Below are positions 23,440-37,131 of a stretch of DNA of 64,000 nucleotides, piece after piece; the first letter of the stretch is position 1; each line of letters begins with the position of its first letter. A model generated the notes under the pieces. That model was not told the DNA's origin, made no database searches, and was given only the letters and a program-made list of their open reading frames with translations. The position numbers were made by a program, and so were the translations under genes. The stretch is taken from the NCBI RefSeq assembly GCF_964204865.1, contig NC_135263.1, positions 11,036,001 through 11,100,000 on the forward strand, given 5' to 3'. Source of the stretch: Styela clava. Its lineage: Eukaryota.

Positions 23440-25899
23440 GACCCTTCACATTGAATTTTATATTACATCAACATTATTACATCCAAATTTAGAAGAAAAT
23501 GCAATATAAAGATCATTATGTCTTCGCTCCTTTTTTAAGGTTAGTAGTTTGAGATGAGATGAAAAATACTACACAGTAAATACTAACGTTTATTGACGTC
23601 AATAATGAACTGAATTCACCGTATTGCCGAATTTATAGGAATCGAATAGTTCAAGTCTATAGATGTATAATAATACTGATGCAACAACAGTCAAGGCATG
23701 TTCTGCAACACATCACCTCATAAGAAACTATCCCATACTACATCGAAATCACCAATTAAACTCTTGGATTTCAGGCTTCTCTTTCGCAGGAGATGTTACA
23801 AAATACATGAATGGTATGGTTAGCGTAATGGTTAGTCATCCCATCTGCGCTGATTTTTGAGGCAATAATTTTTCCAAAGATGTAACATTAAAAATTGTAG
23901 GGTTTTGTAGATACTTTGAATCTTAAAAAATGTAACTCATCAATTTTTTAAATTAGCTCGTGCTCATTTTTGGTACTTCGTAAAACGTTTCTTTAGTAAT
24001 GAGCTTCCAAAAACTCGATCTATTGTCGGATCTGTTCTAGAGTAAACTGACATTTTGCGTATTTCGATAGTCAAATTATAAATTTGTGCAGTCAAATTTT
24101 TAGGGTTGGAGAATCAAAATACTCAAAATGCGATCTCATACAATCCAAATCTGAGTACCAATACGAACTGTCATTTTATTATATCTTCCAGCATGGGTTT
24201 ACTCATTTATATCGAAGCCACAACGTCTATTTTTTAAAGTCAGTCAGATATCATCTTATGTGGCCTAACTATTGCAAAAAAACGACAAAACTTTCTTTAA
24301 ATATATATATATATATTGAAACTGACAGAGAACCGATGTCCCCAAGTCTTGAACATGTGAAACGGTCGAATAATGTATAGAATCTCTTGCAGTAATTTAC
24401 AATGTTTTAACGGGTCGTGATTCAACTAAATGGGCGCGCATTACTTTTCTTTCACTTTGGGCCATGATTCGATTCCAATTACAAAGCGGAGTATAGGTTG
24501 ATGTTATCGTATCTATCTAATGATAAACGAATCTAAGAGTGTTTTGTTTCCTACAGTTGACTCAGAGAAAAGCAATATTTTCATCGAATGATACCAAACC
24601 ATAATGAATAAAAACTGGCAGTTGACACTAATTCACGTCTAGTCAAATAAATGAAAAGTGATGATTAATATTAGCAAAATACATGAATGCATTTACGTCG
24701 TGGGACAATTATGGCATAGCGCATCAAAATGCGCGCGTTTACAAAGGGCTGTGGAATGCGGTATTTTTGCAGGTAGTGCAGCACATGGTCGTATGGACAA
24801 ATTTGAAACTGCCCCTATTGAAATAAAGTCCATTTTTCCCTCCATTCCATTTTTCATTGTAATTCCAGCAGCCCGCACTAAAAACTGCACGAGAACAATA
24901 TTGAGTGTGTTGTAGAACAGACCTGTTCAAACTTTTTAGTGTCGTGGGCCACTTTCACATGAAGACATTCATTGCGGGCCGCAAACGTTTTTACCAAACT
25001 TGAATAGCACCCCAGTTCTGATTACGTTGGAATTTGCGCGTCGCTAAATCAAACGCCTGGATTGCACAACACTTTTGTGGATTTCTGAACACAAAGACTA
25101 TGAACCATGAAATTCAACTCAACTTTCATGCAAAATGCACAACTTTTAAGCAATAATATATATATTGGCATAAAAAATCGAAAGAAAAATAATTCTGAAA
25201 AATAATAATAAAGTCTGCAATTTTTCCTTTCACCTAGTGCGAAACTTGTTTTTGAATGTCATTGCTCAACTGTTTAATATCAACGGGTAATTTTGATACC
25301 GCACAACGTAACTGGCTTGTCGAATTGTCGTTAGTCAGCTTACTCGTATGCTTTGACTTCATAATTTCGAAAAGAAAGATTTGCACAAATATATTGTTCT
25401 TATTGCCGCCGCAATACGCATTGCCATTTGTCTCAGCATGGGAACTTATCTTCATCGATATACTCACTGTATAGAATTCAAGTTTTCTAGCTCTTCGAAA
25501 CGAGTGTTTCCGTTCCGTACTTGACTGGACATCAATCAATTCGCATTTATTCTGGGGCCTCTTCTACCCGAATGTCAAATGGACACATAGAGTTTTTAAA
25601 GAGATAGTCGAACTTTTGTAAGTAAGCGAATTTCTATATAAATGCTTCCAACGACTTCTGTAAAATCATATTCTGTGGCGATTAACAACGCTTTTTTATG
25701 GCGGAGCCGTGTGAAATTAAAGCTCAGATACATAAAATAATGTTTTCCAATCAGCACTGTATGCGAGAAATGCATGTAGCGGAGGATATCGAAATAGCAA
25801 AGTAGTATCAGGTTCTCGCATACCTCAAAACATTCGACTGCCCTCTTGGATACAAGCAATTCTGAAGGAGTCTCTATTCTGTAACAAAACAATTTAAGA

Positions 25900-26345
25900 C
25901 AGGGGTCGGCAATCTACGGCCCGCGGGCCGAGAGCAATATAATCCGGCCCGCGACGCTTTATTATAATATAGTAACAAAACAGCTGTTTTGTCGATTATA
26001 TTCTTTAAGCAAAAGAATTTACGTGTAGACTAAATCATATTATAACGTTACAAGTATATAAGTCACAATTACTCGTTTAATGAGCCTAAAATTTAATTAT
26101 AATTCAGACAAATGGCAACAAAACGCCGAAAAGTTGATGCTAAGTGCAAATGGTTTAATGGCACAAAAAATATCCAAATGGTCAGTCTTCGCGTGCTGCT
26201 TAAAATTTAAACTCTGATCTTTGTGAAAAAATGTGATTCATCGGTCATCCGTTCGGTTTTATACTTTCTAAAAATATGTGCGGCCCGCCAATGACTTGCA
26301 ACCTTCAATTTTAGCCCGTGAGCGACAAAAGGTTGCCGACCCCCG
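25900..26345. mobile_element. hAT (Charlie-like) MITE
   Basis: TIR CAGGGGTCGGCAA / TTGCCGACCCCCG; perfect 8-bp TSD ATTTAAGA; GGCCCGCGGGCC subterminal motifs. Confidence 0.85.
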
Positions 26346-27123
26346 ATTTAAGAGATTCAACAGATAAATTGTATAGTTATGCCATAAACGTTGTTGCAGC
26401 CCTTTTATCAATAGATGCGTACGGGTGTATTATAGTAGTTCATTTACGGTTAGATTGAATTGGGGCCGATTCATTACTTTCTGGTAGTTGCAGGCACAAA
26501 AGTTTTGGTTATTGATTTTATGAAATTCGTTCCTTCTGGGCCGTATTTGGGCCCGCGGGCCGCAGGTTGTGCACCCTTGCAGTTAGGCATATCATAATTA
26601 TGTTTGTGGGCCCATCTTGCTAACTGGCAATTTCTTCTAAAAAGGGCTCCAAATGATCTGTATAATACGCCGATATATTCACGCATACCTCCCGCGTCAA
26701 TATATATATTATATATATAATTTGCAGCCCAGACTCAATCGCCTGATGTCATGACTTTCGTGGACGAATACCCCTTCTGGGAAATCGCAACTACAGATCA
26801 TACCAGACTATGGCTAAAACATTAGCACAATTTCACCAAAGCTCCCAACAGTTACCGAGATTAGTCAGAATATTGTGTATATGATGGTATCGTCCTATGA
26901 TATATTAATTTTCAACATTGTCATCTCCGTTTTTACCCATACCCGAAAAAATACACGTTCAATACGGAAACATACTTTGTAATTAATAAAAGCAATCAAC
27001 CTAGAAACAAAAATTAACTAAATGCACATTGCAAATAACCATATATAAATATAGTACAATATTTCATAAGAAATAATGTAATTTTTCTAATTTTCAGCTG
27101 ATGGCGATGAATCTTTGGCGTTC

Positions 27124-30100
27124 TCATTGAGTTTCCTTTAAAATTGTTGGGGCAATCATGGTAGGAAAAGAATAGTACTTGCAGTTGCTGGGTGGCTGGT
27201 TCTTGATGATTGTTGTACTGACAGCGGATGATTGAAATCCAGCTTCGGCCAAATGGCTGAGCTGCGTTTCCTGTAAAAATTAAACACAACATATAGCGTC
27301 AAGATAATAACCAAATTGCGCAAGTCATTTTTAGCAGTTTTGAGAAAAAACGTGAAAATTTTCCTAATGATATTTGCTATGCCATTGAGAGTCAATAATT
27401 TGCCATAGTTCAATTTTTTGATCGTAGCCGGATTTAAGTTAATTTGTATGACGCAGTCATATGACGTCATAATGGCGCACTGTGACTTAGGAAGAAATGT
27501 GTCTATGACTTGGAGACATACGCATTTTTGCAACTTGACTATATTCACCAGTCCTGAAAACCAAACAATCCAAAAACGAATGTAATTCTTAGTATCTACG
27601 ATGTCTAATCCAAAAAATAGCTAATTTGTTTTAATTACATTATTTTTTATGTTTAAAAATATATATTTCATCACTATAACACGCTCTGCACACCCACCGA
27701 AATAAGACTAAGATTAAATATAAAGAATAAAACAGCAATATAGTAGCCCTTATATAGTAGCCAACCAAGTTGTATTGGACTCAGACAGTGAGTATCACAA
27801 GTGCACGCCTTCCTATACTGAAGTATAAATTCAAATTTATAAGCGCTAAACTAGAATCTGAGATGCAAAACCTCGAAAATCCTTCGCAGAAGTTATTTTG
27901 CTGTTGTGACGTCACAATAGTTCTGCGTTAACAATAATTCATTACGACGAATCAATTGAACAAATTTGCATGTCATACAAAATCTCAATTTTTATGGGTT
28001 TTGGAATTCTTAAAATAAAATCTGAGTTAAGAGACAGTTGCGCAGCATTATATAAATATGACGATATTCTATGGATTAGATGGGGAAATCAATCATAAAA
28101 GAAAAGATATTATCCCATGCGGAGATAATTATGTGCGAGAAGACTGCTGGACTCTTCGCCGGCCCAGGGATGAATATGTAAATCCTATTAATCGGCAACA
28201 GCTGTGGAAAAATGCAGAATCACAGTCGTCGCGAAATTCCCTGCAAAATTAACAAAGTCATTACTTCAATAATATTTAAACAGATACTGGAGTCACTTCC
28301 AGAGAATGAGATACTGAACAAAATGGCAACATAAAGAAGGTGTCCTCCAGGCCCGAATGCCGCGACGGAAGCGTGCGATATTGGTAATTAACAAGCTTGA
28401 ACACAAAGCGAGTTCGGGACCCGTTGGAGACAAACCATAAGAAGACGGTAAAGCAACATAAAGCACTGACCATACATGACACTGGGAGAAAATCCTATGA
28501 CGATGCTCGATAACCCACCACATTTGTACGTCGCTTAACCTACAAGCTTAACCGAACAGTGGTTACGTCACTACGTGAATCGCCCGACGGCAGCGAGGAA
28601 TCAGTCCAGCAATCCTCTTGTACATAATTAGGATAGGATAGGATTTACATATATATATATATATCCCGGGAGAGGAAATCCGATAAGACGGCACAGCCAA
28701 ATGGCGAACCACGGCTGGTATGGGATAAGTTAGTTATTTGTGTACGGAAGCATGGACTTGATGGTGAAGAAAGCTGTAACCGAACAGCGGTTACGTGAAC
28801 CACCCTACGGCGGCGAGTAGTCCAGCAATTCTCTCGCACATAACTATCCCCACATGGGATTCGATCCTGCGAACCCACGCGCAGCAATTAGAGGTGCGGT
28901 GGCGAGCGTATTCCTAACGCTTAGCACGATGAGCCACACCGCCGCGCCGAATCCACGCAGGGTGATCAGAGGTGCGGTGGCGAGCGTAACGTGAAGGTAT
29001 ATACAAACAAATTCACAAAACTCATCAGTATAAACCTATTCAACTGTATGATTTAGCTCAGGAAAATGTTCGTCCAACCAATGCACGTCGTTACGGTACG
29101 TTGCTTGATTAACAGTGATCAAGGCTGTTCATTGCACAAGTCTCAAAGATGCTCAACCGCAAGTACCGGTACCGCGGTAATCGTTATATTTATTTAATAA
29201 ATATTCTACAGACTTTGTTAGCTGACTTGTCAAAATGCGATTCACGTTTGCTCCCAATATCTAGTTGATTTAAATTGACCTGTTGGTGTTATCTTCAAGT
29301 GGACTACGAACCAGAATCGTAATGCAAGGTGAAAACGTGTTGCAATAATTACAAGTCAAACATTCATATTTTAATAAAGATATATATTATTATGCAATAA
29401 TTTACGCCAACATTGGTTAAATAAATAATGCAATAATGTCTATAGGCTATATATATATATATAGGTAAATATTACAAAATATGAAGGTAGAACGGCAACT
29501 TATGGGAAAGAGTATGCAATTTGAACAAAGCTAATAGTTATAGATATATAATATTTGCTTACATTAAACATTGTCTGGATATCCTGGTATGAAGTTTTCA
29601 ACAATTCTCCCCATGATGTCAAATTGCAGTATGTTAAAACACCACCTGGTTTAAGAAGTCTATGTGCATGGTTTTTTATGAATTCGAACTGATGTGTGTG
29701 CCATGTTTCTTCAGAAAGTGGATATGTATCATAAAGAATACCTGAATAAAAAAATGTATTGATAATTTGTCAATCGCTCCCAATACATTAGTCGTAGGTT
29801 GTCATCCACATCTTGTAGAGATTTCTACGAATAAAATTTCTCCCACGAATGTCAGCTTTGTGGAATTCACTCCCACTTAGATGTTATCCTGTCATTGTAA
29901 CTTGAATTTTTTGAGGCGGTTTCCAGTCTACGAACATCTATACATAATACACTTTGCCGTCTCAGGGCCATGGGCCAAATGGACAAAAAGGCTGCCAAAT
30001 CTCTACCCCAAAATATACTCAAAATATCGATATCAAGCTTACCATCAAAGTGTCCATCAGGTAGAGTTGGTACTACATCTTGCCATAATCCTTTCAATGG

Positions 30101-31146
30101 TACAACCTAGAGACACAAATGTAACTCACACTAAATCAAAGAAATTGCAATATTTTGTTTGCATATGTTACCTCTTGATCAGAATCATCGCTGGAATCAC
30201 TGTTCCACCAACTAGTCAACAGTCATAGACAATGGAAACAAAATGTTTCGAATCGTCAGATTATGATATAAATGGAGTAATGAAAAATGCCTCATTTTGA
30301 TTGAGTTAAGAATAAAAGCAAATTTATAGATTTATGTCAAGGTATATAATACTGCAGTAAGAGAGACAAAAACTTATTTATTCCACAAATATTATCAACA
30401 CCAAACATGAAGTAACATACTGCAAAAAAGGTGATGATATAACAATAATTTGGTCACTTCGTGGAAGTGAGAGTATTTGCTGAACATGATAGGCTAATAA
30501 GAATTTCCTGTGGGATTTCCTGTATTTCAATGCTACTAGATTACAATGACTATAATTTTTATAACAAGATTAGTATATACATTATTCGATGAACAATACA
30601 TTCCAGATCATATGAGTCTCAACAATGGGAATAAAGATGATAAGTGATAGCACCTTATGAGGTTGCTTTTTCTTCCATTCCTCAAGTCTAACATAAACTC
30701 CATCATTACATTCAATGATCCAGTGTTCATCTATATTGCGAGACTCAATTTTGTCTGCAGCAATTGCCATTCCAAAACCAATTTCTAGCACTCTGCCCCC
30801 TAAAAATAATGAAACACAGTTTAAACACAAAATTCATTCCAAAAACATTATTTATAACAACTTTTTGCTTATAGCTAGCTCAATATGTACTACAAGTTTA
30901 TTTAAAAAATTTCTTCATTCGCTGCTTCATATCTAAAATCAAACTTGTGAAAAGCCTTTCGCCGGGCAATCTACCTTTTGATGTCGCAATTTCCGCCAAT
31001 AAGTGCATGTATGGTGTCTCCCATCTTTCCATTACTGGCTTGCCAAGGATCTCTAAATGGGTGTCAGTTTCATTATATCCTGCCTTTGCATCAGTCCATT
31101 GAGAAGTGCAATCTTCTCCCACTGAAAATATTTTTTCAGAAGTCAT
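27124..31146 (-). CDS. GAMT: Guanidinoacetate N-methyltransferase; coding exons 31146-30975, 30799-30654, 30106-30043, 29741-29563, 27270-27124
   Basis: [87 protein letters not shown]; all introns GT-AG and in frame. Confidence 0.95.
28555..28990 (-). mobile_element. tRNA-derived SINE (28630-28945) with flanking SINE fragments, in the last GAMT intron
   Basis: Reverse complement of the 17715 family with a TAGGA tail; partial duplicated pieces on both sides. Confidence 0.85.
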
Positions 31147-32789
31147 TGTTGATTTGTGGATAAAGGAATCCTACAACACTAAAATGAGAAAAATAATTTG
31201 TGTAGCACTATTGTGTATTGTTCAATAAAACAGCACACGCCCCTCATGAGCAATATTTGATGATAGGTTTATGTCCAAGACTTTTATCCATAAAAATTTG
31301 GTGAATGAAAAGGGGGCATAAAAGGCATAGCAGAAATAACATTGTATGCACAAAAACAAACTAAATGAAAATATGCATAAAAGATGGGAGTTGAAATAAA
31401 TTGTACTTAATTTAAGTTTTCATGTAATAGTTATACAAAAAATAAACACAATAGAAATTCCTGCACAAAAAGACAACACTCACATTTTCAAAACAACTGG
31501 GCTTGCAGTGAAATAATCTAAGTCATGAACAGATAGAAAGGTGACTTAATAAAAAGTGACTTGCAAAATGCAATGCACCACATGGAATAATATAAACTAA
31601 CTCATTGAATATTTATCCTTATTTATCCTTAAAATCTGACATGTCAAATCCAAATACAGAAATATTATGATTTCTATTATTCGCATGATGGCCTTTATTG
31701 GTCAAGGTCAATTTTTAGGGCTTTCCGTATTTACCCTGCACCACGATAAAAAACGATTAGTCGGCTTGACGCCGTCCCACCATGAGTATAGCTAATCTCT
31801 CGTCATACCGACTCGGCGTGATCAACTACACTACCGTTACCCAGTTTGCCTGAACTTCATACTGTTATAAAGTAGCTTATGCGTGCCGCGATATGTTGGA
31901 AAACCGCGTTATCAAATCACAATACATGATGACATCACAGACAATATAATACCACATCTGTCATAGTGTTATCTTAACTTAATAACTGACAGCCACTCTA
32001 CGCTGATATGCGGGTCTCTTTATATACACAATTCTAGTTTACACAGCTAAATTCTTCGTGTAATTCGTTTGTATATTCTTGTGTCAGATTAGCGGCATTG
32101 ACATAAAAACTACGTACACAAAAGGCAAATAACGATTGTGCAATATCTTCAGACACATTCTTAGCAGAACATTCGATTCAGCCGATATGACTTTCAACCT
32201 CTCGTATGATAGTGACCTTATACGTTATAAGCCACTGTAGAAAATTACGTAATGTATTGTTCAAATAAAAACGAATATTCCCCAGTGACATAGATAGGAT
32301 TTCCAACCGTATTTAGCCCGAAGAGGGAACGTTCCGTTTACTAGTTAATATTAGCTTTTTTAGCGACGAAAGTTAATAATGTCTATTCTACAAATCTAAC
32401 TACAAATTGTACTTCTGAAGTGTATCGATCACTGTTGAAATCAAACTAGTTTGCGAGGAGGTTTCGCCGACGAAGAATTATTGCGGGGACAGAGGCACAC
32501 CTGTCTTGTGTTATATCATATGGTTCAGCTGCATTTCATTTTCGAAGTATTCTAATACTACATTTTAATAATTTATGCTTCAGTCAACTGTACATTAGAA
32601 TTAACCGAGTAAGCTGCTTTACCAAGAGTGCTTTCACCAAAAACTTTGACTCTGCCTAAGGGTAAAATACTTTGGTAGAGTATGGGATTTATTTCATGAT
32701 TATGATAGTCATAGTGCTCTTAGATAAATACGAATGCTGAAATAAGTACAACTACAGCAATCAAAGCGCAGGACAACATTACCCCTGGG

Positions 32790-34518
32790 CAGGGATGGCC
32801 ATTTCCGAATACTAAACTATTCCGAATACATTCTAAAATAATGTTTTCGAATCTGGAATCCCGAATACATTCTAAAATCGAAAATAACACATTTTTGTTT
32901 TAGTTCATAAAACCCAGTAAAATAGGAAATAAGCTTCAATAGTCCACAAACCAACAGTATATGTATACAAAGTAATTAATAGTTTGTGGTTATTATGTTC
33001 AGCATATTGTTAAGTCTGAAATTAGCAATAAATTAGAGGATAGAGGACCACCACTGCCAGGCGCGCAGCCAGGATTTTCAAAATCGGAAATTCCCATTGC
33101 CGCCTGTAACATCCACCGCGATTCCGTGCTCGTTAAAAGAGCAGTCTTTTCAGCGTATAATCATCATCCTGTCACGTACATTATTCAATCCATGACAACT
33201 ACGAGATTCTAAAATATCTTTATATATTAATTTAATGTGTCCAACGTAACTCGCGGTTGCTTCTACTTACGTCAAAATAAAAACATTACTATTTGGTCCA
33301 CGGCGTTAATACGTATTTTTGCAATCTTGCCAACTCGTTATCGCCGTTAGAAAAATCTCAATAACTTCATTTCATACAATGAATATACATATAAAGTTTA
33401 GCAGTAAATTAAAAATACATATTCATCGCCGCGATTACTCCACCTGTTAAAAGAGCCGACTTTTACAACGAATAATATAACAACAAATATATATTTATTT
33501 TTCTGTTGTGCAAAGTGATTAATTCGTGACCAATACGAGCATATTTAAAATGTCTTGCTTTAATGATTTAATTGTTTTCAATTTAACCTGCGGTTGCGTC
33601 GACAAAATAAAATCCTCACCACTCTAATATGCCATGGCATTCGCGGACATAAAAATAAAAATGTGTGGTAAACTGTCCGATTATATATTGTTTTGATCCG
33701 TATTTTGCGAATTCGGCAAATTTGAGATGTGTAACACTGACTCCGCTCAATCGAAATGCCGCCACTCCGATTATTTTTGAGATAAAACCGTTCGAAAAAT
33801 CCATAAATCTGCCGTAAAATCTCAGAGTAAAATTTATTTCAGCACAATAAAAATTGATTGAATATACTTAAGATTAATTATATTATATACATTCTCACAG
33901 CCCGGTAAAAGTCGCGTTTCAAACCTTGTATAATGTTAACACAAAAATTTTCGACGGCAATTTAATTGAGGTAAGGATAATCAGGCAAATCCCGCCCTCA
34001 ATTAGTGACGATATGTTTCTAAACGCGGACCAAACATAATGTGGAAATTTTGCGATTTTCACTGCCTAAATGAGCGTTTTTTAAACTGTCGCGGGCCTCA
34101 ATAAAACATATTTTGTTTACGGTTTTATTTTCAGTATATTAAATTGCCGCTTTTCAATCAAAAAATTTGAGTTTTATTTAGAAACTCGCCGCCGATGAAC
34201 GTACTCTCACAATTCACAATTCTGTGCGAGTACAAAAATCAAATCAGTGTCATCGTTATGTGGAACAAATTTGTGGAAAATTTTCGTTTCAGAGAAAATA
34301 ACACAAACGTAAAGGCGTTTACGGCCTAAATAACACGCCCGCTGATAAAGCAATCGCGCGCAAGTTCTTATCAAGAATGTTTTCACTCAACGGAAACGTC
34401 TTGAAAGCGGCGTCGAAAATGTGTAACGTCACACAAATATCCGATATTCTCATGAACGCTAATTCCGATATTCGAATAACGAGATATTCGAATACTTTAT
34501 TCGAATTGGCCTTTCCTG
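32790..34518. mobile_element. hAT-like non-autonomous element
   Basis: Ends CAGGGATGGCC / GGCCTTTCCTG; 8-bp TSD CCCCTGGG; CGAATA/TATTCG subterminal repeats. Confidence 0.75.
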
Positions 34519-34527
34519 CCCCTGGGT

Positions 34528-34944
34528 TAGGGTTTCCAACTATGAAAAGTTTTAATAAAGGACATAGATTACCGTCATCATTTATTTTGTAACTTGCGAA
34601 AGAACAGTATAAAATGAAATAAAAATTATATACAAGTCAAAAAGATATATTGAAACAGTCTTCATGTATTGTTTATTTAACATTGACCCAAACAATGTTA
34701 ATAAAATTGTTATTTCTTTCGCTATTTGAGCCGGACAAAAGCGAAATTAAGAATAATTAAAAGCTTGCAAATACATAAACGGATACGATTTTTAGGAACG
34801 GAACAATACCAAACACAGTACTATAACTATCGGGCAAAACGATGTTGGAAAGCATAAAGGATGATTAGCATCTTTTCTACAAGGACAAGGACCTAAAAGC
34901 TTAATAGGATTATCCCATAAAATAAATGACGGTTGGCAACCCTA
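34528..34944. mobile_element. hAT (Tip100-like) MITE
   Basis: TIR TAGGGTTTCCAAC / GTTGGCAACCCTA; 8-bp TSD CCCTGGGT. Confidence 0.75.
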
Positions 34945-35825
34945 CCCTGGGTGGAAATCGCAGACCGGTCGCTTATGCACATTCACGTTGCGTGTATCGG
35001 CGGCACTCTGCTATGTCAAGTGAAGGCGGATTAGATCAGCACGGACATTGGCGAGCTAAAGGACAAGCCATAAATCCTGTCATTTTGAGTTGTTGCATGG
35101 CAAAGTACACAAAACACGACACTTGAATGAACGTGTGCTACAAACAATTACACAAATCATACCATTTTGTGTTATTGTTTTCATTTTGTCAATCATGGCC
35201 AAAAGTGACACTTGAATGAACGTGTGCTGGGACAAGCCTCAAAGCATGTCATTTTGGGGCTATTGCTTGCATTCATTCAATCATGTCAGAAAGTATGCTA
35301 TAGTTCAGGGGTTTTCAAACTTTCGGTATTATGGAGTCCGTGGAGAGGTTGAAATAAATTTATAAACGATTAATGTTCCTGAGTAAATTAAAAGTACTTT
35401 ATTTAATGACTATTTGCTGCTTTCTATTTAAAAAGGATTAAATTGCGGTTGTCAAATTTTATTAATGCCGTTATTGCTTTATTAGACAATTACAAAATTA
35501 GCCAGGTCAATATTTTAATGAGTATACGAATAGTTCGCGGAGCCCTTGGGGTTTTCTCACGTAGCACTGCTGCTCCGTATAGGGCTCTTTGAGAACTCAT
35601 CTAGTCTTCCCAAACACAACACTTGAATGAATGTGTGCTTCAAAACATTATCATGTACAGTATACACATTGGCTATAATCAATTTTATAATATCAATATA
35701 GAAACCGCAAGATTGATGAATCTCTGAAATTTTGCGTTATAGATAATGAAGTTAATCAATTTAAAAGTACAACTGTCAAAAATTTATATCCCAAGATAAA
35801 GCATAAAGCGACATATCCCTCACTG

Positions 35826-36026
35826 GGTGACCGTACATTTGAACCCACGTACATTTGAACCCATGCGTATATCCGCGGGTTCAATCTATATGCGGTTGCT
35901 AAAACCCATGGGTTAGGGTGAGTATGGGTTAAATTATCCGTAAAACAAAAAATTTCCATATGTGCAATAGTATGCAGGTGCAATTGTCATGGGTTCAAAT
36001 GCCGTGGGTTCAAATGTAATGGAACC
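35826..36026. mobile_element. Mutator-like MITE with ACATTTGAACCC repeats and a GGGTTAGGG core
   Basis: 9-bp TSD CCCTCACTG; inverted repeated termini; related fragment in reverse orientation at about 17583-17668. Confidence 0.8.
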
Positions 36027-36384
36027 CCCTCACTGATATTAAATTCAAAGGAACAGAATGACATTTGTGTCAATGGTGATTGTCCGAATTAGAGAAGAAA
36101 ATATCTACAGTCAACAATATTGGAAACTTATTTGACTAAATCATGTGATCCTCGATTTAGTGAAAAACTGTAAGGCTGTTACAAATTATTCGCAGAAAGA
36201 AGTTTAAAACTTTTGCATTACCCACCTTGTTCTATTTAACATGTTTTTTATTTTGAATTTTCTTTTGTATCAAAAAACATTTCGTACGACCCACCCGATA
36301 GGATTAAACGTATATTTCCAAGTCCATTACACAAAAAGGTATTTTTCACGTCAAATAAACTTCAATGTCCAGAGCTCGGCGACT

Positions 36385-37090
36385 GACGCAGCGTGCCGAG
36401 CGTTTGGAATGCACTGCCACCATACCTCTAATTAGATTGACATGTTGGAATCCATTGAAGTATGCCTATATGCGAGGTGATTGGTGGACTGCTCGCCGTC
36501 GAAGGGTGGTTCACGTAACCCCCGGTCAAGAGGAATGTGTTTAAATTGAAAAACCAAGTTATAGAAACAAACAACTTTGTAATAAAAATATAATGAAACC
36601 AACGTATAAACTGTGTTTTATTAACTGCAAGATATTATAATTATAAATGTAAACTACGTAATGAAAGGCCTCAATTTGATCAATTTTTATATATGATAAA
36701 AAGCGTTCTTAACCGTGAAAAATTATTCAACTAAAAACTGTCGAACCACGTTAAGAGGTGGAAAATTATCATGAACTCATTTTCTTAAATGCGACTTTAT
36801 TTATGTGTTATCGTGTGTATAAAAAGTAATGTTTTTATCAATAAAAAAAATATATGATGATTCTATTCTAAAATCTCAATACGAAAATTCCTTTTGGCAT
36901 TGGGATTTATTTCGCAAACAGGGTCACGGGTTTCTCTGCGTGCATGCATATGGAACAACTGGATTACTACTGTATTACCAATTACCATAGCCGACGTGGA
37001 CTGGTAATCGAACGAGAGGGCGTCGCCAAATGAATAAACCGCCTTATCGACTCCCCCAGATTAGGGGATAAATATGAATTCATATCCTAC
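36385..37090 (+). mobile_element. Old, interrupted tRNA-derived SINE (head about 36385-36527, tail about 36985-37090)
   Basis: Diverged homology to the 17715 family on either side of a ~450-bp AT-rich block. Confidence 0.55.
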
Positions 37091-37131
37091 ATCATTTAAC
37101 TATAGAAGGTTGTCATTTTCTGTGATGTAAA

